Source: an uncultured Candidatus Entotheonella sp. (GTDB lineage: Bacteria; Tectomicrobia; Entotheonellia; Entotheonellales; Entotheonellaceae). Taken from it: a stretch of 64,000 bases of DNA. The notes beneath the pieces were generated by a model. The model was not told the origin of the DNA and did no database searches. It saw only the letters and a program-made list of their open reading frames with translations. The translations under genes and the position numbers were made by a program. This document shows positions 52,069 to 63,055 of this stretch, piece by piece. Positions within the stretch are counted from its first letter, which is position 1, and every line of letters starts with the position of its first letter. Where the stretch lies: the NCBI GenBank assembly GCA_965215335.1, contig CBDCDA010000001.1, forward strand, positions 1,024,001 to 1,088,000, given 5' to 3'.

Positions 52069-52584
52069 TCATTCGACGGCCATCCTCAAGCTCGCCTGAC
52101 CGTGATCCCGAATCCATCGAGGCAGGGACTCAATCGGGAGCATATCCTCAAGTCTCTTGGTCAGCTTGTGAGTCGTGCCTTGCCCCTCCGCCATCCGCAC
52201 CAGACGGCCTGCAACCCCTTCGGAGAGTTCGCCCTTCCGCCAGGCGTTGAAAACGATCTCTTGTGGACAGATGCCCACACAGAGCAAATACCGAAAGGAA
52301 CGGTCCAGCCTGACGTGATTGAACTGGAACGTCCCATTGGCGCCCAGCGAGGCGGTTTTCACCTCTTACCGCTGTCCGGCAATTGTCATGTCAGTCCGAC
52401 TGGTTCAGCCCCCATTGCTCACCGTCATGTCGTGCGCTTGGAGGTAACGCCGGATGAACTCCTCCCCTATCTCTCCCCGGTTCGTATTGCCCAGACGTCT
52501 GTAGCCTTCCAACGGAGACCCATCCCAGATGCTTTTGGGAGTGTTTTCACGAATGACGTCCGCCATCAGAGCTATCGGGTTCAT
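52069..52584 (-). pseudogene. Type II restriction endonuclease-like gene with two in-frame stops
   Basis: MNPIAL...GEIGEEF...GG*TSRTDMTIAGQR*EVKTASLG..FQFNHVR. D...EVK motif. ATGA overlap with the MTase stop. Stops at 52405-52407 and 52366-52368. Confidence 0.72.
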
Positions 52585-53312
52585 TCTGGTGATTCCCACA
52601 AGCTTTTGCTGCTGCCTTGCTTCCAGAACACCAGAAAGTAGGAATGATTTTTCCGAGCATGAACCTGCCGCATGGTCCGACTGACACCCGGCTTGTTGTT
52701 CCTCACGACAACGAAAAGGTCTTCGGCCACAAACCCCATGTCCGCGTAATCCTGCATGATCTCGACATGGGTGAAGCGCTGCCGGTTGGAGCACACTTCG
52801 TCCTGGCATTTCACGATCAGGACGCCCCGCTCGCGAAGTACTCTGCATGCCTCGATCCCTGCGTCGTGGTAAAGGTCCAGGACGGCTTCGTGATATTTGC
52901 TCTCAGTACGGTTACCCGATCCGTTGTTCCGGTAGTGATCCTCAAACGGTGGGTGCGATTGATAAGCAGTGCCTCCGGGTGAGTGCATGTAGGGAGGATC
53001 AAGAACCACACAATCAATCTCTCCATCGCCATAGGGAAGGTTGCGGCAGTCGATGCCATCGAGAATGTCAGTCGGCCGCAAGTCATACCGATCCTGGGGT
53101 ATGTGCCTCCAGAATACCCCCTTGCCGTAAGTGACGTCGGCGACAATGCTTCCGTCTTTCACGTACAGACCCAGAATGCGCGGAAACGCGCGGTCGTTGC
53201 CCTCCACAAAAGCGCTCAGGACCAGATCGTTCGTGGCGCTGCCATTGCGAGCAACGCGCTTGCGTATGGCCTGGGAGAGTTCCATCCTGTTGGTGTGGGC
53301 CTGTTCGCGCAT
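52581..53312 (-). CDS. Amino-DNA methyltransferase
   Basis: VADVTYGKGVFW (SAM motif I), VVLDPPY (motif IV), RVLRERGVLIVKCQD. Confidence 0.85.
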   Translation of the reverse strand: MREQAHTNRMELSQAIRKRVARNGSATNDLVLSAFVEGNDRAFPRILGLYVKDGSIVADVTYGKGVFWRHIPQDRYDLRPTDILDGIDCRNLPYGDGEIDCVVLDPPYMHSPGGTAYQSHPPFEDHYRNNGSGNRTESKYHEAVLDLYHDAGIEACRVLRERGVLIVKCQDEVCSNRQRFTHVEIMQDYADMGFVAEDLFVVVRNNKPGVSRTMRQVHARKNHSYFLVFWKQGSSKSLWESPE

Positions 53313-53545
53313 ATTCCCAAAACAAGATCAGGTTGCCCGACGTTGCGAGACGTGACACCTACGATGCTGATGTGGAAGGCGAGCAATTTTATCGGGTTGA
53401 GCGTTGTGTATAATGGACATAATCCAGGGCTTCGGCTCCGTTTGTCATGGCCGAGACGCCTGGATGGTGTTTCCCCGACTACCTGACAAACAGGGATCGG
53501 GGCTGTCTTGGGGTTGGAAAGGATGGGTCATGGAAACCCAGGGTA

Positions 53546-54840
53546 AGGAATTTGTCGCAAATTAGTTTTTCATGTTTTGAGTTTTGTGTTTCAATTGTTC
53601 CATGAGGCGCGATCACGAACTCGAAGCCACCATTGTTGAGAAGTACGCGGCGATCGAAGCGTTTCTTGATGAGCGTGGGCGTCGTATCTGGGCAGCCACG
53701 GAGTCGCGTGCCATCGGCTATGGAGGAGATGCCCTGGTGTCGGATGCGACAGGATTGTCGCGCCCGACCATTCGGGCGGGACGCCGAGAGCTGGCAGGTG
53801 GTGGCACTGAGTTTGGCCGGGTGCGCCGACCGGGCGCTGGACGACCGGGCATCGAGCAGTCTCAGCCGGGCATCAAGCAAGCGCTGGAGCAGTTGGTTGA
53901 TCCGTTGACTCGCGGCGACCCGCAGTCGCCGTTGAGGTGGACGTGCAAGAGCAAAGCGAAGCTCACCGTGGCGCTGTCGAAGGCTGGCTGGAAGGTCAGT
54001 TCGACGACGGTGGGCCGTTTACTGCATGAGCTCGGCTATCGCCTGCAATCGGTGCGCAAGAGTCGAGAAGGGGCGTCGCACCCCGATCGCAACGCACAGT
54101 TCGAACATATCAATTCAAAGGCAGATGAGTTTTTGCAACGCGCTCAGCCGGTGGTATCGGTCGACACCAAGAAGAAGGAGTTGGTGGGTGATTTCAAGAA
54201 CGCTGGCCGGGAGTGGCAACCGAAGGGGCAGCCCGAGCAATCACGGGTTCACGACTTTCCTCAGGACGCGACGGGCAAGACCATTCCCTATGGCATCTAT
54301 GATATGGGAGGCAACGAAGCATGGGTCAGTGTTGGGTGTGACCACGACACGTCGGCGTTCGCGGTGGCCTCGCTGCGGCGGTGGTGGGACGAGATGGGCA
54401 AGCGTCGCTACTCCGAGGCTCGTGAGCTATTCATCACTGCCGATGCGGGCGGTAGCAACGGGTATCGCTGTCGCGCCTGGAAGCACGGACTGCAACAGTT
54501 TGCCGACGAGACGGGTGTGCGCATCCACGTCAGCCACTTCCCGCCCGGTACCAGCAAATGGAACAAGATCGAGCATCGTCTGTTCTGCCACATCACGCAG
54601 AATTGGCGAGGCAAGCCGTTGCGGACCTTTGAGACCATAGTCGATTTGATCGGCAATACGCGTACCAACGCAGGTCTTCGGGTCAGAGCCGAACTTGACG
54701 CAAGAACATACCCGACCGCAGTGGTGACGACGAACGCCGAGATGGACGCCCTGTCGCTCCATCGCAACGTGTTCCACGGCGACTGGAACTATGAGTTACA
54801 CCCACGATGAAGTTGGAAACCTAAATTGGATCAAATTCCT
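53546..54840 (+). mobile_element. ISAzo13-family insertion sequence; transposase 53602-54810
   Basis: ~23-bp imperfect TIRs AGGAATTTG..., flanked by TA. SVDTKKKELVG, ADAGGSNG, PPGTSKWNKIEHRLF, FHGDWNY. Confidence 0.93.
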
Positions 54841-54858
54841 TAGGCTTTCATCGAAAAG

Positions 54859-55149
54859 ATGAAAGATCTGAATCCCGTTTTCGCGCTGGTTAGTGCGGTT
54901 GGTGTGGTCGTCATTATTATGACGACGAATCAAGCCAACCTCAACAAGCGGCTGGAAGCCATTCAGGCCGAGAACAGCCGTCGGTTCGATGCCATGCAGG
55001 CCGAGAACAATCGTCGGTTCGATGCTATCGACCGGCGATTTGATCGGGTCGAAGAACGATTCGATCAGCTGTTCGAGGTCTTGCGATTCTTCGAGTCGAG
55101 AATTACCCGTCTCGAGGAGCGGGCTGGCATCGGTACTGATAACCAGTAG
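54859..55149 (+). CDS. Small coiled-coil protein with N-terminal TM and RFD repeats
   Basis: Hydrophobic N-terminus, then (AIQAENSRRFD/AMQAENNRRFD) 11-aa repeats and RITRLE. Confidence 0.7.
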   Translation: MKDLNPVFALVSAVGVVVIIMTTNQANLNKRLEAIQAENSRRFDAMQAENNRRFDAIDRRFDRVEERFDQLFEVLRFFESRITRLEERAGIGTDNQ

Positions 55150-55597
55150 TTCCATCAGGCGGTTCGGTTTCTCTTCGGGGCAAGCTGGATCGCCTTGTCT
55201 TTTCCTGGAAAGTGCCTTGCAGGAATCGGCTTCTTGGGAGCGGGTCTACCCGGATGGGGGGGGCATCTGTCGGCAACCAATGTGGGGCCAGGACATCGGC
55301 CAGGGTGTCACCCGGCGACTTCACTCATGAGGTTGTCTCTTCATGCAGGTGTAACCAGATCGACAGATTGAAGTCGCCGTGTTTCTGGAATTGGCTGATG
55401 GCGTTGTGCAGTGCCCAGGGGCTGACCTCCTTGGGTGTGATGCCCTCGTAGGCGTACGTCATCGGGTCCGAAGAGGGTTTATTGCCTGCCGGTGAGCGCC
55501 CGATCGCCTGGCTGAGGGGGGGCTTTGGGGACCGGCCCCTTCCCTCATTGCCGGAACGGACCGGTTATTTGCAACAGACGGTACGATATCTGCACAC

Positions 55598-57247
55598 TCA
55601 AGGCCGATATACATCAATGCCCACGGTGGCAGGGCTGGGGCCACTCGGCATCACCAGCGTCTTGGCGCGGTCGGCGCCGATGACCAGAACGTAGTAACGC
55701 TCGGCGCTTTCGAGCACGGGCATGGTCATGCCCAGGCGCTCCGGCTCGCTGTGGTTCAGCAGCCACTTCCAATTGGCGGCGACGCGCGCTTCGCCCGCCA
55801 AGGGCATGTACTGGATCATCTTGCCCAGGCTGGCGTTGGCGTTGAGATGGATGAACTCCTTGGCACCACGCTTGCTGAAACCCTGCGTCCCCACTGGGCG
55901 GGCGACGTCGGGCGGCATGAAAATGAGCCGTTCCGCCTCGTGCCGCTCGCCGAGGCTGCGGGTACCGAAGGTGCAGCCGTAGGCAATGGTCTTGAGCAGT
56001 CCCTCGGCGCTGGTATTGCCCTGATCCTGCACGTCCATCTCGCCATCGGTGACGAAGATGCTGATGGCGCTCTCGTCGCGCCCGAAACCCCGGTCGACGT
56101 GGAACGGCTCCCACGGGCTCATGGCCTCGTTCTCGGCCAGGCAGTGCACGAACTTGCGCGTCGTGCCGATGGTATCCATGTCCATGTGGCCGGGATACCA
56201 CTGGCCGATGTTGCGCAGGCAAAGGGAGAAGGCCCGTCCGATGGTGATGTTGACCCGGTTGTCGCGCCCCGGTCCCAGCCCGGATCTTGGATTGAGGCCG
56301 ATCTCCCGGGCGATGGGGCCATTCACCACCAAAACCGGCGCGTGCGGCGAGGTCGACATCAGCAGCGACTTGCCGCCGTGCGGGCCGAGTTCCGACAACG
56401 CCTTGACAGCAGCGATGATCACCGGCATGTGTTCCGGCAAGGCGCCGGCCATGGCCGCGTTGATGGTGATCTTCTCCACCGTGGCGAGCCCGAAGCCGGG
56501 CGGCATGTCGCACACCAGGTGGTCCGGCGGCAGACACGTGCCTTCCAAGAGCGCCTCGACCGCCTGGCGAGTGGCCGGGTAGAGCGGCAGGCTATCGCCC
56601 CAGTCGCGGATCAGGAAATCCTCGTTCATGCGCAAAACCGCGGCGTAGCGGTCATCGGCGTCGTATGAATAGCGCCGCTCGGGGTCGTGGACGGCGGCGC
56701 CGTTGTCGGCCTTTTGCCCACCGTTCACGAGGGCATGGACGAGGTTGTCGATAGCCAACTCCGTTTGCTTGACGCATTCATCCAGGGCGAGGTTGCGATA
56801 GATGCGGGGCACGGTGACGAATTTCAGGTCCGGCATGGCAAAGGTACGGGCGCTGGCGACGGCGTCTTTCTCAAAACGTCCCGAGACGATAGGGACGGCA
56901 GGCTTGCCCATCTTCTCGATCTCGATCATGTCGTGGCACATCCACGATGCGCACGTCCCTCAATCGGCGGTGGCGCCAACGACCACGTCGCACTCCTCGG
57001 CAGCCTGTTTGACGATGGGCGGCGGGGCGGGGTAGTTGCCGCCGGTGTAGAAATGGACGGTGACGTCGCTGAACATCTCCTGAATCAGCTCACCCACGCG
57101 CCTCAGCGCCACGTCGCCGCCGTGCGTGCCGCTCCACAGCAGCCCTACCGTCTTGTGGTCCAGGCTGGCGGGCCGCGGGTTGACCGGCCTGATGGTCAAC
57201 GCACCCCTCTGCTGGGCAACGGGATTCAAGACTTGCAAGGTATACAT
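55598..57247 (-). CDS. UGSC-family (seleno)protein, read through UGA at 56960-56962 (UGTC motif), fused to a large C-terminal domain
   Basis: ...DVVVGATAD-TGA-GTCASWMCHDMIEIEKMGKP is in frame across the two listed ORFs, with a hairpin just 3' of the UGA. Confidence 0.8.
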
Positions 57248-57480
57248 GTTCGTTCTCCTGGATTGCCGGCTACCCATTGGGTAGTGGCTGTCAAGGTTTC
57301 CTTTGCCTTGGTAGGGGGGCTATCCTACGCTCGCCGGTGCGGGCAATCAAATGGCGGCTCGACAGGGTAGACGGCGGCCATGCGGCTGCTTTACAATGCC
57401 ACCCCAATCCCCGACCGAACAGGTCCATCCAGACACCCCGGACGGCCCGCGCCGCCGGCACCATCGCCGAGGAAATTGCC

Positions 57481-58566
57481 GTGTCCGTCACACACGTTGA
57501 AACATCTCTCTACCGTCTTCCCCTGCCGTTCGTCATGCAGGATTCCATGCACGGCAAAATGACCCACTCCGAGTTCGTCGTCGTGCGTCTGCGAGACGAC
57601 GACGGTGTGGAAGGCGTCGGCTACACCTACGCGCTCAACAGCGGCCGGGGCATTGCCGCCCTCATCGAAGGTGAGCTGGGCCCCTTCCTGCAGGGCCGCG
57701 AGGCCGATTTGATCGAGGCGCTCTGGAAAGACATGTGGTGGCACGTGCACTACGCCGGACGTGGCGGTCCGGCGAGTTTCGCTATTTCGGCCATCGACAT
57801 CGCCCTGTGGGACCTGAAGGCCCGCAAGCTCGGCGTTCCCCTCTGGCGTTTGCTCGGCGGCCATGATCCGGACGTGCACGCCTATGCCGGCAGCATCAAT
57901 TTCAATTTCTCCATTCCCGAATTGATCGAGCAGAATCAGCAGTTGGTGGACAGCGGCTTGCACGCCGTGAAGATGCGGGTAGGCAAGGATACGCTGCGCG
58001 AGGACATCGAGCGGGTCGGGGCAGTGCGCAAGGAAATCGGGCCGGACGTTCACCTGATGGTCGACGCCAACATGAAGTGGTCTGTCGAGGAGGCTATTCG
58101 CCGTTCCCGGGCGCTGGCGGAGCACGACGTCTATTGGCTGGAAGAGCCCACCATCCCCGACGATGTCGCGGGACACGCCCGCATCGTGGCCGAGGGCCTG
58201 ACGCCTGTAGCCGCCGGCGAGAACTTGCACACGATTTACGAGTTCCAGAAGTTCATGGCCGCCAACGCCGTGTCGTTCGTCGAGCCCGACGTGACCAACT
58301 GCGGCGGCATCACCCCGTGGATGAAGGTCGCGCACATGGCCGAAGCCCACAACCTGCCCATCACCTCCCACGGTGTCCACGACTTGCACGTTCACCTGCT
58401 TGCCGCCATTCCCAACGCCAACTACCTCGAAATCCACGGTTTCGGCGTGGAGCCCTACGTGGAAGTGCCGCTGCCCCTCGTCAAGGGCACGGCCCGCGCC
58501 CCGGAACGACCCGGCCACGGCGTCGATTTCATCTGGGACAAACTGGAGCCGCACCGGCGCGGTTGA
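57481..58566 (+). CDS. Mandelate racemase/muconate lactonizing enzyme (enolase superfamily)
   Basis: AISAIDIALWDL, KMRVG, MVDAN, WLEEP, AAGEN, H in TSHG. Confidence 0.9.
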   Translation: MSVTHVETSLYRLPLPFVMQDSMHGKMTHSEFVVVRLRDDDGVEGVGYTYALNSGRGIAALIEGELGPFLQGREADLIEALWKDMWWHVHYAGRGGPASFAISAIDIALWDLKARKLGVPLWRLLGGHDPDVHAYAGSINFNFSIPELIEQNQQLVDSGLHAVKMRVGKDTLREDIERVGAVRKEIGPDVHLMVDANMKWSVEEAIRRSRALAEHDVYWLEEPTIPDDVAGHARIVAEGLTPVAAGENLHTIYEFQKFMAANAVSFVEPDVTNCGGITPWMKVAHMAEAHNLPITSHGVHDLHVHLLAAIPNANYLEIHGFGVEPYVEVPLPLVKGTARAPERPGHGVDFIWDKLEPHRRG

Positions 58567-58597
58567 GCGTGTGGAATACCGAGTCCGGTACCGGTCA

Positions 58598-59803
58598 TCA
58601 GCCGGCCACTACTTCGCGCAGCTTCTCGCGTACGTGCGAAATGCCCGAACTACGCAGAAAGTGGCACGGCTTGTCCAGCGAGCGGCACAGCTTCTTGGCA
58701 GCACTCGCCGTACCGTGACTGACGCAGTCCACCGGACAAAACACCACGTCCGCCTGCCGGATGATGCGCGCCAGCTTCTTGTGACCCTGGCTGGTACTGC
58801 CCTCGTACCGCATGCACTGACCGCCGAGGTCGCTGATGGTCTGCTCGTAATGGCCCGACGCCTTGGTGAGGCCGCCGATCAGCGCCACCCGCTTGCCGCG
58901 CAGGTCGAAGACCGGCCACTCGGGCAGCAGCGCTTCGCCGGAGGAAGCGTCCTCGTCGGCAGGGTCGTCGTCCGGTGGGGGCGTGGGTTCGTATGACGCC
59001 ACCAGGGCTGCAAGGTGAGTCGCTTCCATTTCCTTTTCGTGCAGAGCGCCGCTCAGCCGGGTGACTTCATACTGCAACTTTCTGACCTCACGCAGCGTGA
59101 CGCCTTGAGACGCCTGGGCGGCCTGGCTGCGGCACCGCTTCTCCAACACCGCGCAGTGCTGTCTCGTATCGTCCAGGTCGCCTTGCAAGCGCGCGTTGTC
59201 CTGCTTCATCCGGGTGTTGGCGCGCTGCAGGTTCTGCACATCCTGCCACAGGTCATCCCGTTCCGTTTCGAGTTGTTTCAGTATTTGCTCCAGGTCATCA
59301 CCTTCCGCACTCGCGGCTGCCGAGCCGGTAGCTGGCGGGGTTTCACCGCGGAACTGGGCAAGCAGCAGGCAGTGGCTGCGCAGGTGCAACTCCTCGATGA
59401 AGAACTGCTCGATCGGTCGTATTTCCTGTCGCGGGTCGCTGCACACGGCCCACATCATGCCCGGCAGCAGACTCGCTGACGGCGCCTGCTGCTGGGCGAG
59501 CACCGCTGTCACCCTGGCGCGCACGTCCGGCGGTGGCAGTTGGGCAATCTGTGAGATGATCCCCTCGTACTTGCGGCTGAGGTGGCGCTGCACCTGCCTG
59601 GAAAACGGCGAATCCCGGTGCCCATGCTCGTGCGCCAGATGGTAAAGGGCGAGGTCGCTGTGGTTGGCGTCGGGCAGGGGATACTGGAAGCGGCGGCAGA
59701 GCTTGGCGATGAAGTCGGGTGTCAGAGAGGCCGCGAAGTTCTGGAACAGGGTCTCGCAGGACATGGTCCACAATTTGCGCCGGTTGAGGGCAGAGCTTGA
59801 CAT
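58598..59803 (-). CDS. DUF2325-domain coiled-coil protein
   Basis: C-terminal VALIGG...ADVVFCPVDCVSH..AKKLC, central coiled coil, N-terminal RRKLW. Confidence 0.8.
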   Translation of the reverse strand: MSSSALNRRKLWTMSCETLFQNFAASLTPDFIAKLCRRFQYPLPDANHSDLALYHLAHEHGHRDSPFSRQVQRHLSRKYEGIISQIAQLPPPDVRARVTAVLAQQQAPSASLLPGMMWAVCSDPRQEIRPIEQFFIEELHLRSHCLLLAQFRGETPPATGSAAASAEGDDLEQILKQLETERDDLWQDVQNLQRANTRMKQDNARLQGDLDDTRQHCAVLEKRCRSQAAQASQGVTLREVRKLQYEVTRLSGALHEKEMEATHLAALVASYEPTPPPDDDPADEDASSGEALLPEWPVFDLRGKRVALIGGLTKASGHYEQTISDLGGQCMRYEGSTSQGHKKLARIIRQADVVFCPVDCVSHGTASAAKKLCRSLDKPCHFLRSSGISHVREKLREVVAG

Positions 59804-59846
59804 GAGAGGAGACTCCCCGATTTGGACCGCGTGCCGTGAGTTAAAT

Positions 59847-59865
59847 AAAAATGAAAATCATTATC
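59847..59865. promoter_or_regulatory. Fur box upstream of the DUF2325 gene
   Basis: AAAAATGAAAATCATTATC matches GATAATGATAATCATTATC at 16/19 positions, in an AT-rich patch. Confidence 0.75.
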
Positions 59866-60028
59866 AATATGATACATATCAAATCCAGCTATGCAAACCC
59901 TCTTGAAAGTTGCATGACGGGCGGCACAGGATGGATGAGGAACCAGGGGAAAGAGCAGTGTGCAACCAAGGGGGCGGGTAGCCCTTGCCCAAGGCCAGGA
60001 GCCGCAACGCCCGGTTTTCGGCAAGCAG

Positions 60029-60545
60029 CTACCCTTTGCCGTCCACCGGGGAGACTTCGACCCCGTCCGGGTGGCCCGGACGCTTGCCGGCAGCGAGATC
60101 ATCGAGGGCGCCTGCCGGAATCATCCAGACGACGCCTTTATTCTCGAAGGGCGGCTCGAACTGGTCGCCGGCCAGCGCCGTATCGGCGACAAAGAGATTG
60201 CCGCTGGCATCGAAAGCCAAGGGCATTGGAAATGAGGACGGGAATGCCGTTGATCTCCTCGAAGAGCGACCCGTGCCCATGTCAATCTCGCCGAGTGTCT
60301 GACCATCGGGGGTGAAGGCCAGGAGCTTCGAACGCATCCGGTTGCGGTCCGTGATCACCTGCCCATCGGCATCCCGCATCGGGGCATGCGGCAGGCAGGC
60401 AAAGATCGTTCCGGCGGGGAACGTCGTCGCATCCACCGGCAGGACGCCCATCCCCAAGCCCCCGGTCAGGCTGGTGACGAGCTTGTCATCTACCATCGTC
60501 AACTCGCCCGATGCCTGCACTTCGAGCTCGCTGATGAAGGCAAGG
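60029..60545 (-). pseudogene. Fragment of a beta-propeller (SMP-30/gluconolactonase-like) gene
   Basis: LAFTPDG, LAFDASGNLFVADT and PDGVEVSP motifs. No credible start and an abrupt end. Confidence 0.45.
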
Positions 60546-60653
60546 CAGGGGTCGCTGTGGCGACCCCCTGCCCGGGTGTGCCTGCACGCCGGGAGGAGGG
60601 GCGCGTCAGGCACGTTGATCGATGAGCAGGATGGGGACGCCCGCTCTCGGCCA

Positions 60654-61455
60654 TTACCACGTCCGGAGGTAGGAAATCGTTGCCTTGGGGTTGATGCCGG
60701 CCTCGGGTATGGACGCCAGGTGGCGCCGATACGCCTTGTCGGTCAGGTTGTCGACGCCCACGTCGACCCGGAAGCCTTGCAGTGGGCCGGCGTGCGGCTG
60801 CCAGCTTGCAAAGAGGTCATACACGCTGTAGCCGGGCGTCTTCTCGGGTCCCCCTCGCTCATTCTCCGGAACCCTGTCCTGGTTATCGACAATCTGCACC
60901 CGACCGCCCACCGTGAGGTCCCAGGGGAGGTGGGTGTAGCTCAAGCCAATAACACCCCTCCGCGGTTGAATATCTCCCAGCGGCGCGTCGTCTGCACCGT
61001 CCTCTCCCGTGACGTCGTCTCCTTTGACGTCCGTGTAGTTGGCCCACACGTCGAATCCCGTCATGAAGACCCAGCGCAACTCGGCTTCGATCCCCTGGAT
61101 GAGGGCTTTCTGTACATTGACGTACTGGATTGTCGTCTGAGGCGGGGCAGGCATTTGACCAGGTATGGGGGGAGCGAAGCTCACCCTCACGTCAGCGTCG
61201 ATGAAATCATCAATCTGGTTTCGGAACCAGGCGAGCTTGAAAAGAAATCGGTCATGGTCCGACAGCACACCCTCGCCGCGCAGGCGGAGACCCACGTCGA
61301 CATTGCGGCTCTTTTCCGGCTTCAGATCGGGATTCGGCAGAAATTCAGCTACGAGGCCGGCGGTGTGGCTACCGCTAATGTATAGCTCCCCGAATGCGGG
61401 GGCCCGGAATCCCTCGGCATAATTGGCTTCCAGATACAGGAAATCCAGCCTCCCC
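60654..61455 (-). pseudogene. 3' fragment of a TonB-dependent heme-type receptor
   Basis: FRAP...H...NPDLKPE motifs, GVDNLTDKAY and terminal W. The 5' two-thirds are replaced by unrelated lower-GC DNA. Confidence 0.85.
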
Positions 61456-61931
61456 GAATCTTCCCCTAATTTCCGCTCATTTCCCTTGATTTCCATCCAT
61501 TAGGTGGGTAGTGCCGACTTTCGGTGGAAATCTCGACCCTTGGAACACGGACAATTTAGCGGACAGTCTCGCCTCGTCAAGGAAGGAGAAGTAAAGCAAG
61601 CGAGGCGGGTGATGAGGAGCATAAGTAGAACTGCCCCCATTTGGCCGACAAATGGGGGCAGCAAATCTGTCACTCCAAAAGCAGTATCCCCAACCAGCTG
61701 CAACTGGGAGAGGCAATCGTCTCAAAGGGGAGATACTCCCTAGCCATGGAGCAACTCCAGTGCAGCCATCTTACCACGAGGGACCACACAACACCAATCA
61801 AAAACACCAGGCTCCAGGGTAAGCGCATATGGCGTTATCCGGGGCCAGCCAGCTTGCGTCAAGCCTCTACGCCTCGACGGAATACCAAGGGGTAATTCGA
61901 GAAATTGCTGGAACCCGACGAATGGCAATCC

Positions 61932-62153
61932 TCATATGCGCTTACCCTGCACCAGGCTCCCACCATACCCGGTGTTGGTGAATACGACGCGGGTACGCGG
62001 CGGCAGGGCGCCGTGGTGGGCATTGAGGATGCGGCGCAGCATGAACGCGCTGCGGCGGCGGCCGGAGAAGTTGATGATACGGAAACGGTCGTCGTCCGGG
62101 ATGCGGTAGGCATCCGGCTTCCCCCAGTGTTGGGACGTGTAGCGTGGCATCAT
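61932..62153 (-). pseudogene. N-terminal remnant of a phage-type PAPS-reductase-like gene
   Basis: IINFSG...SAFMLRRILNAHHGALP..VVFTNTG resembles the SFSGGRTS/FANTG N-terminus. Truncated. Confidence 0.55.
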
Positions 62154-62213
62154 GGGTGCCTCCTGGGCAGGGATACCGGATGAGGGGCCGGTATCCCGGG
62201 CGTCGGGTGGCTA

Positions 62214-63055
62214 GGTTCAGGACTCATAACCAGAAGATGACCGTGGCAGCAATACAGATGGCGCTGTAGAAAGTGTGCGCACAGCGATCATGGCGTGTGG
62301 CGATACGGCGCCAATCCTTGAGGCGACCGAACAGGCGCTCGATGAGATTACGGCTCTTGTAAAGCTCCGTGTCGTAGACAATCGGCTCTTTACGATTGGC
62401 ACGGCCTGGAATACAGGGCTTGATCTTGCGCTCGGCAAGCGCCTTGCGCAGCCGGTTGCTGTCATAACCCTTGTCGGCAATCAGCACGTCGGCCTCCGGC
62501 AATGCGGGCGGCGCCATGTCCGCCCCGCGATAGTCGCTGACCCGGCCCGCAGTCAACACCATGACGACGGGCTTGCCGTCGCCGTCGCAGACGGCGTGAA
62601 GTTTCGAGTTGAGGCCGCCTCGGGTACGCCCGACATGGCGCGGAAAAGCCCCCCTCGAGCAGGCTGGCAGCGGTGCGATGCGCCTTGAGCTGCGTGCTGT
62701 CGATCATGACGGTCTCGGTGGCCGTGCTGTCGGCGGCCAGGGTTTGGAAGATGCGGTCGAAGACACCGGCCTTGCTCCAGCGCACGAAGCGGTTGTAGAG
62801 CGTCTTGTGGGGACCGTAGCAGGCGGGCGCGTGGCGCCACATCAGACCGTATCGAATGACGTGGATGATGCCGCTGATGACCTTTCGGTCATCGACGCGT
62901 GGGACGCCGCGCACCTTGTTGGGTAGCAGGGGTTGGAGTCGGGCAAACTGCGCATCGGAGAGCCAGAAGTGATGATCGGGCATGATGAACCTCCCCATGG
63001 AGTCAGGGTCTTGAATCCGATATGTTCAATGATAACCCTTTATAGGTCCTGAGCC
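62214..63055 (-). mobile_element. IS5-family (IS427-group) element, copy 2, inverted relative to copy 1
   Basis: Same TIRs and TA flanks. Near-identical two-ORF transposase. Confidence 0.93.

Noticed and set aside
55326..55463. 45-codon minus-strand ORF MTYAYEGITPKEVSPW...
   Set aside because: Too short, with no recognisable motif; it may be a remnant.
40907..63055. Composite transposon bounded by the two inverted IS5 copies
   Set aside because: Copy 1 has contiguous IS481 sequence on both sides, so it inserted independently.
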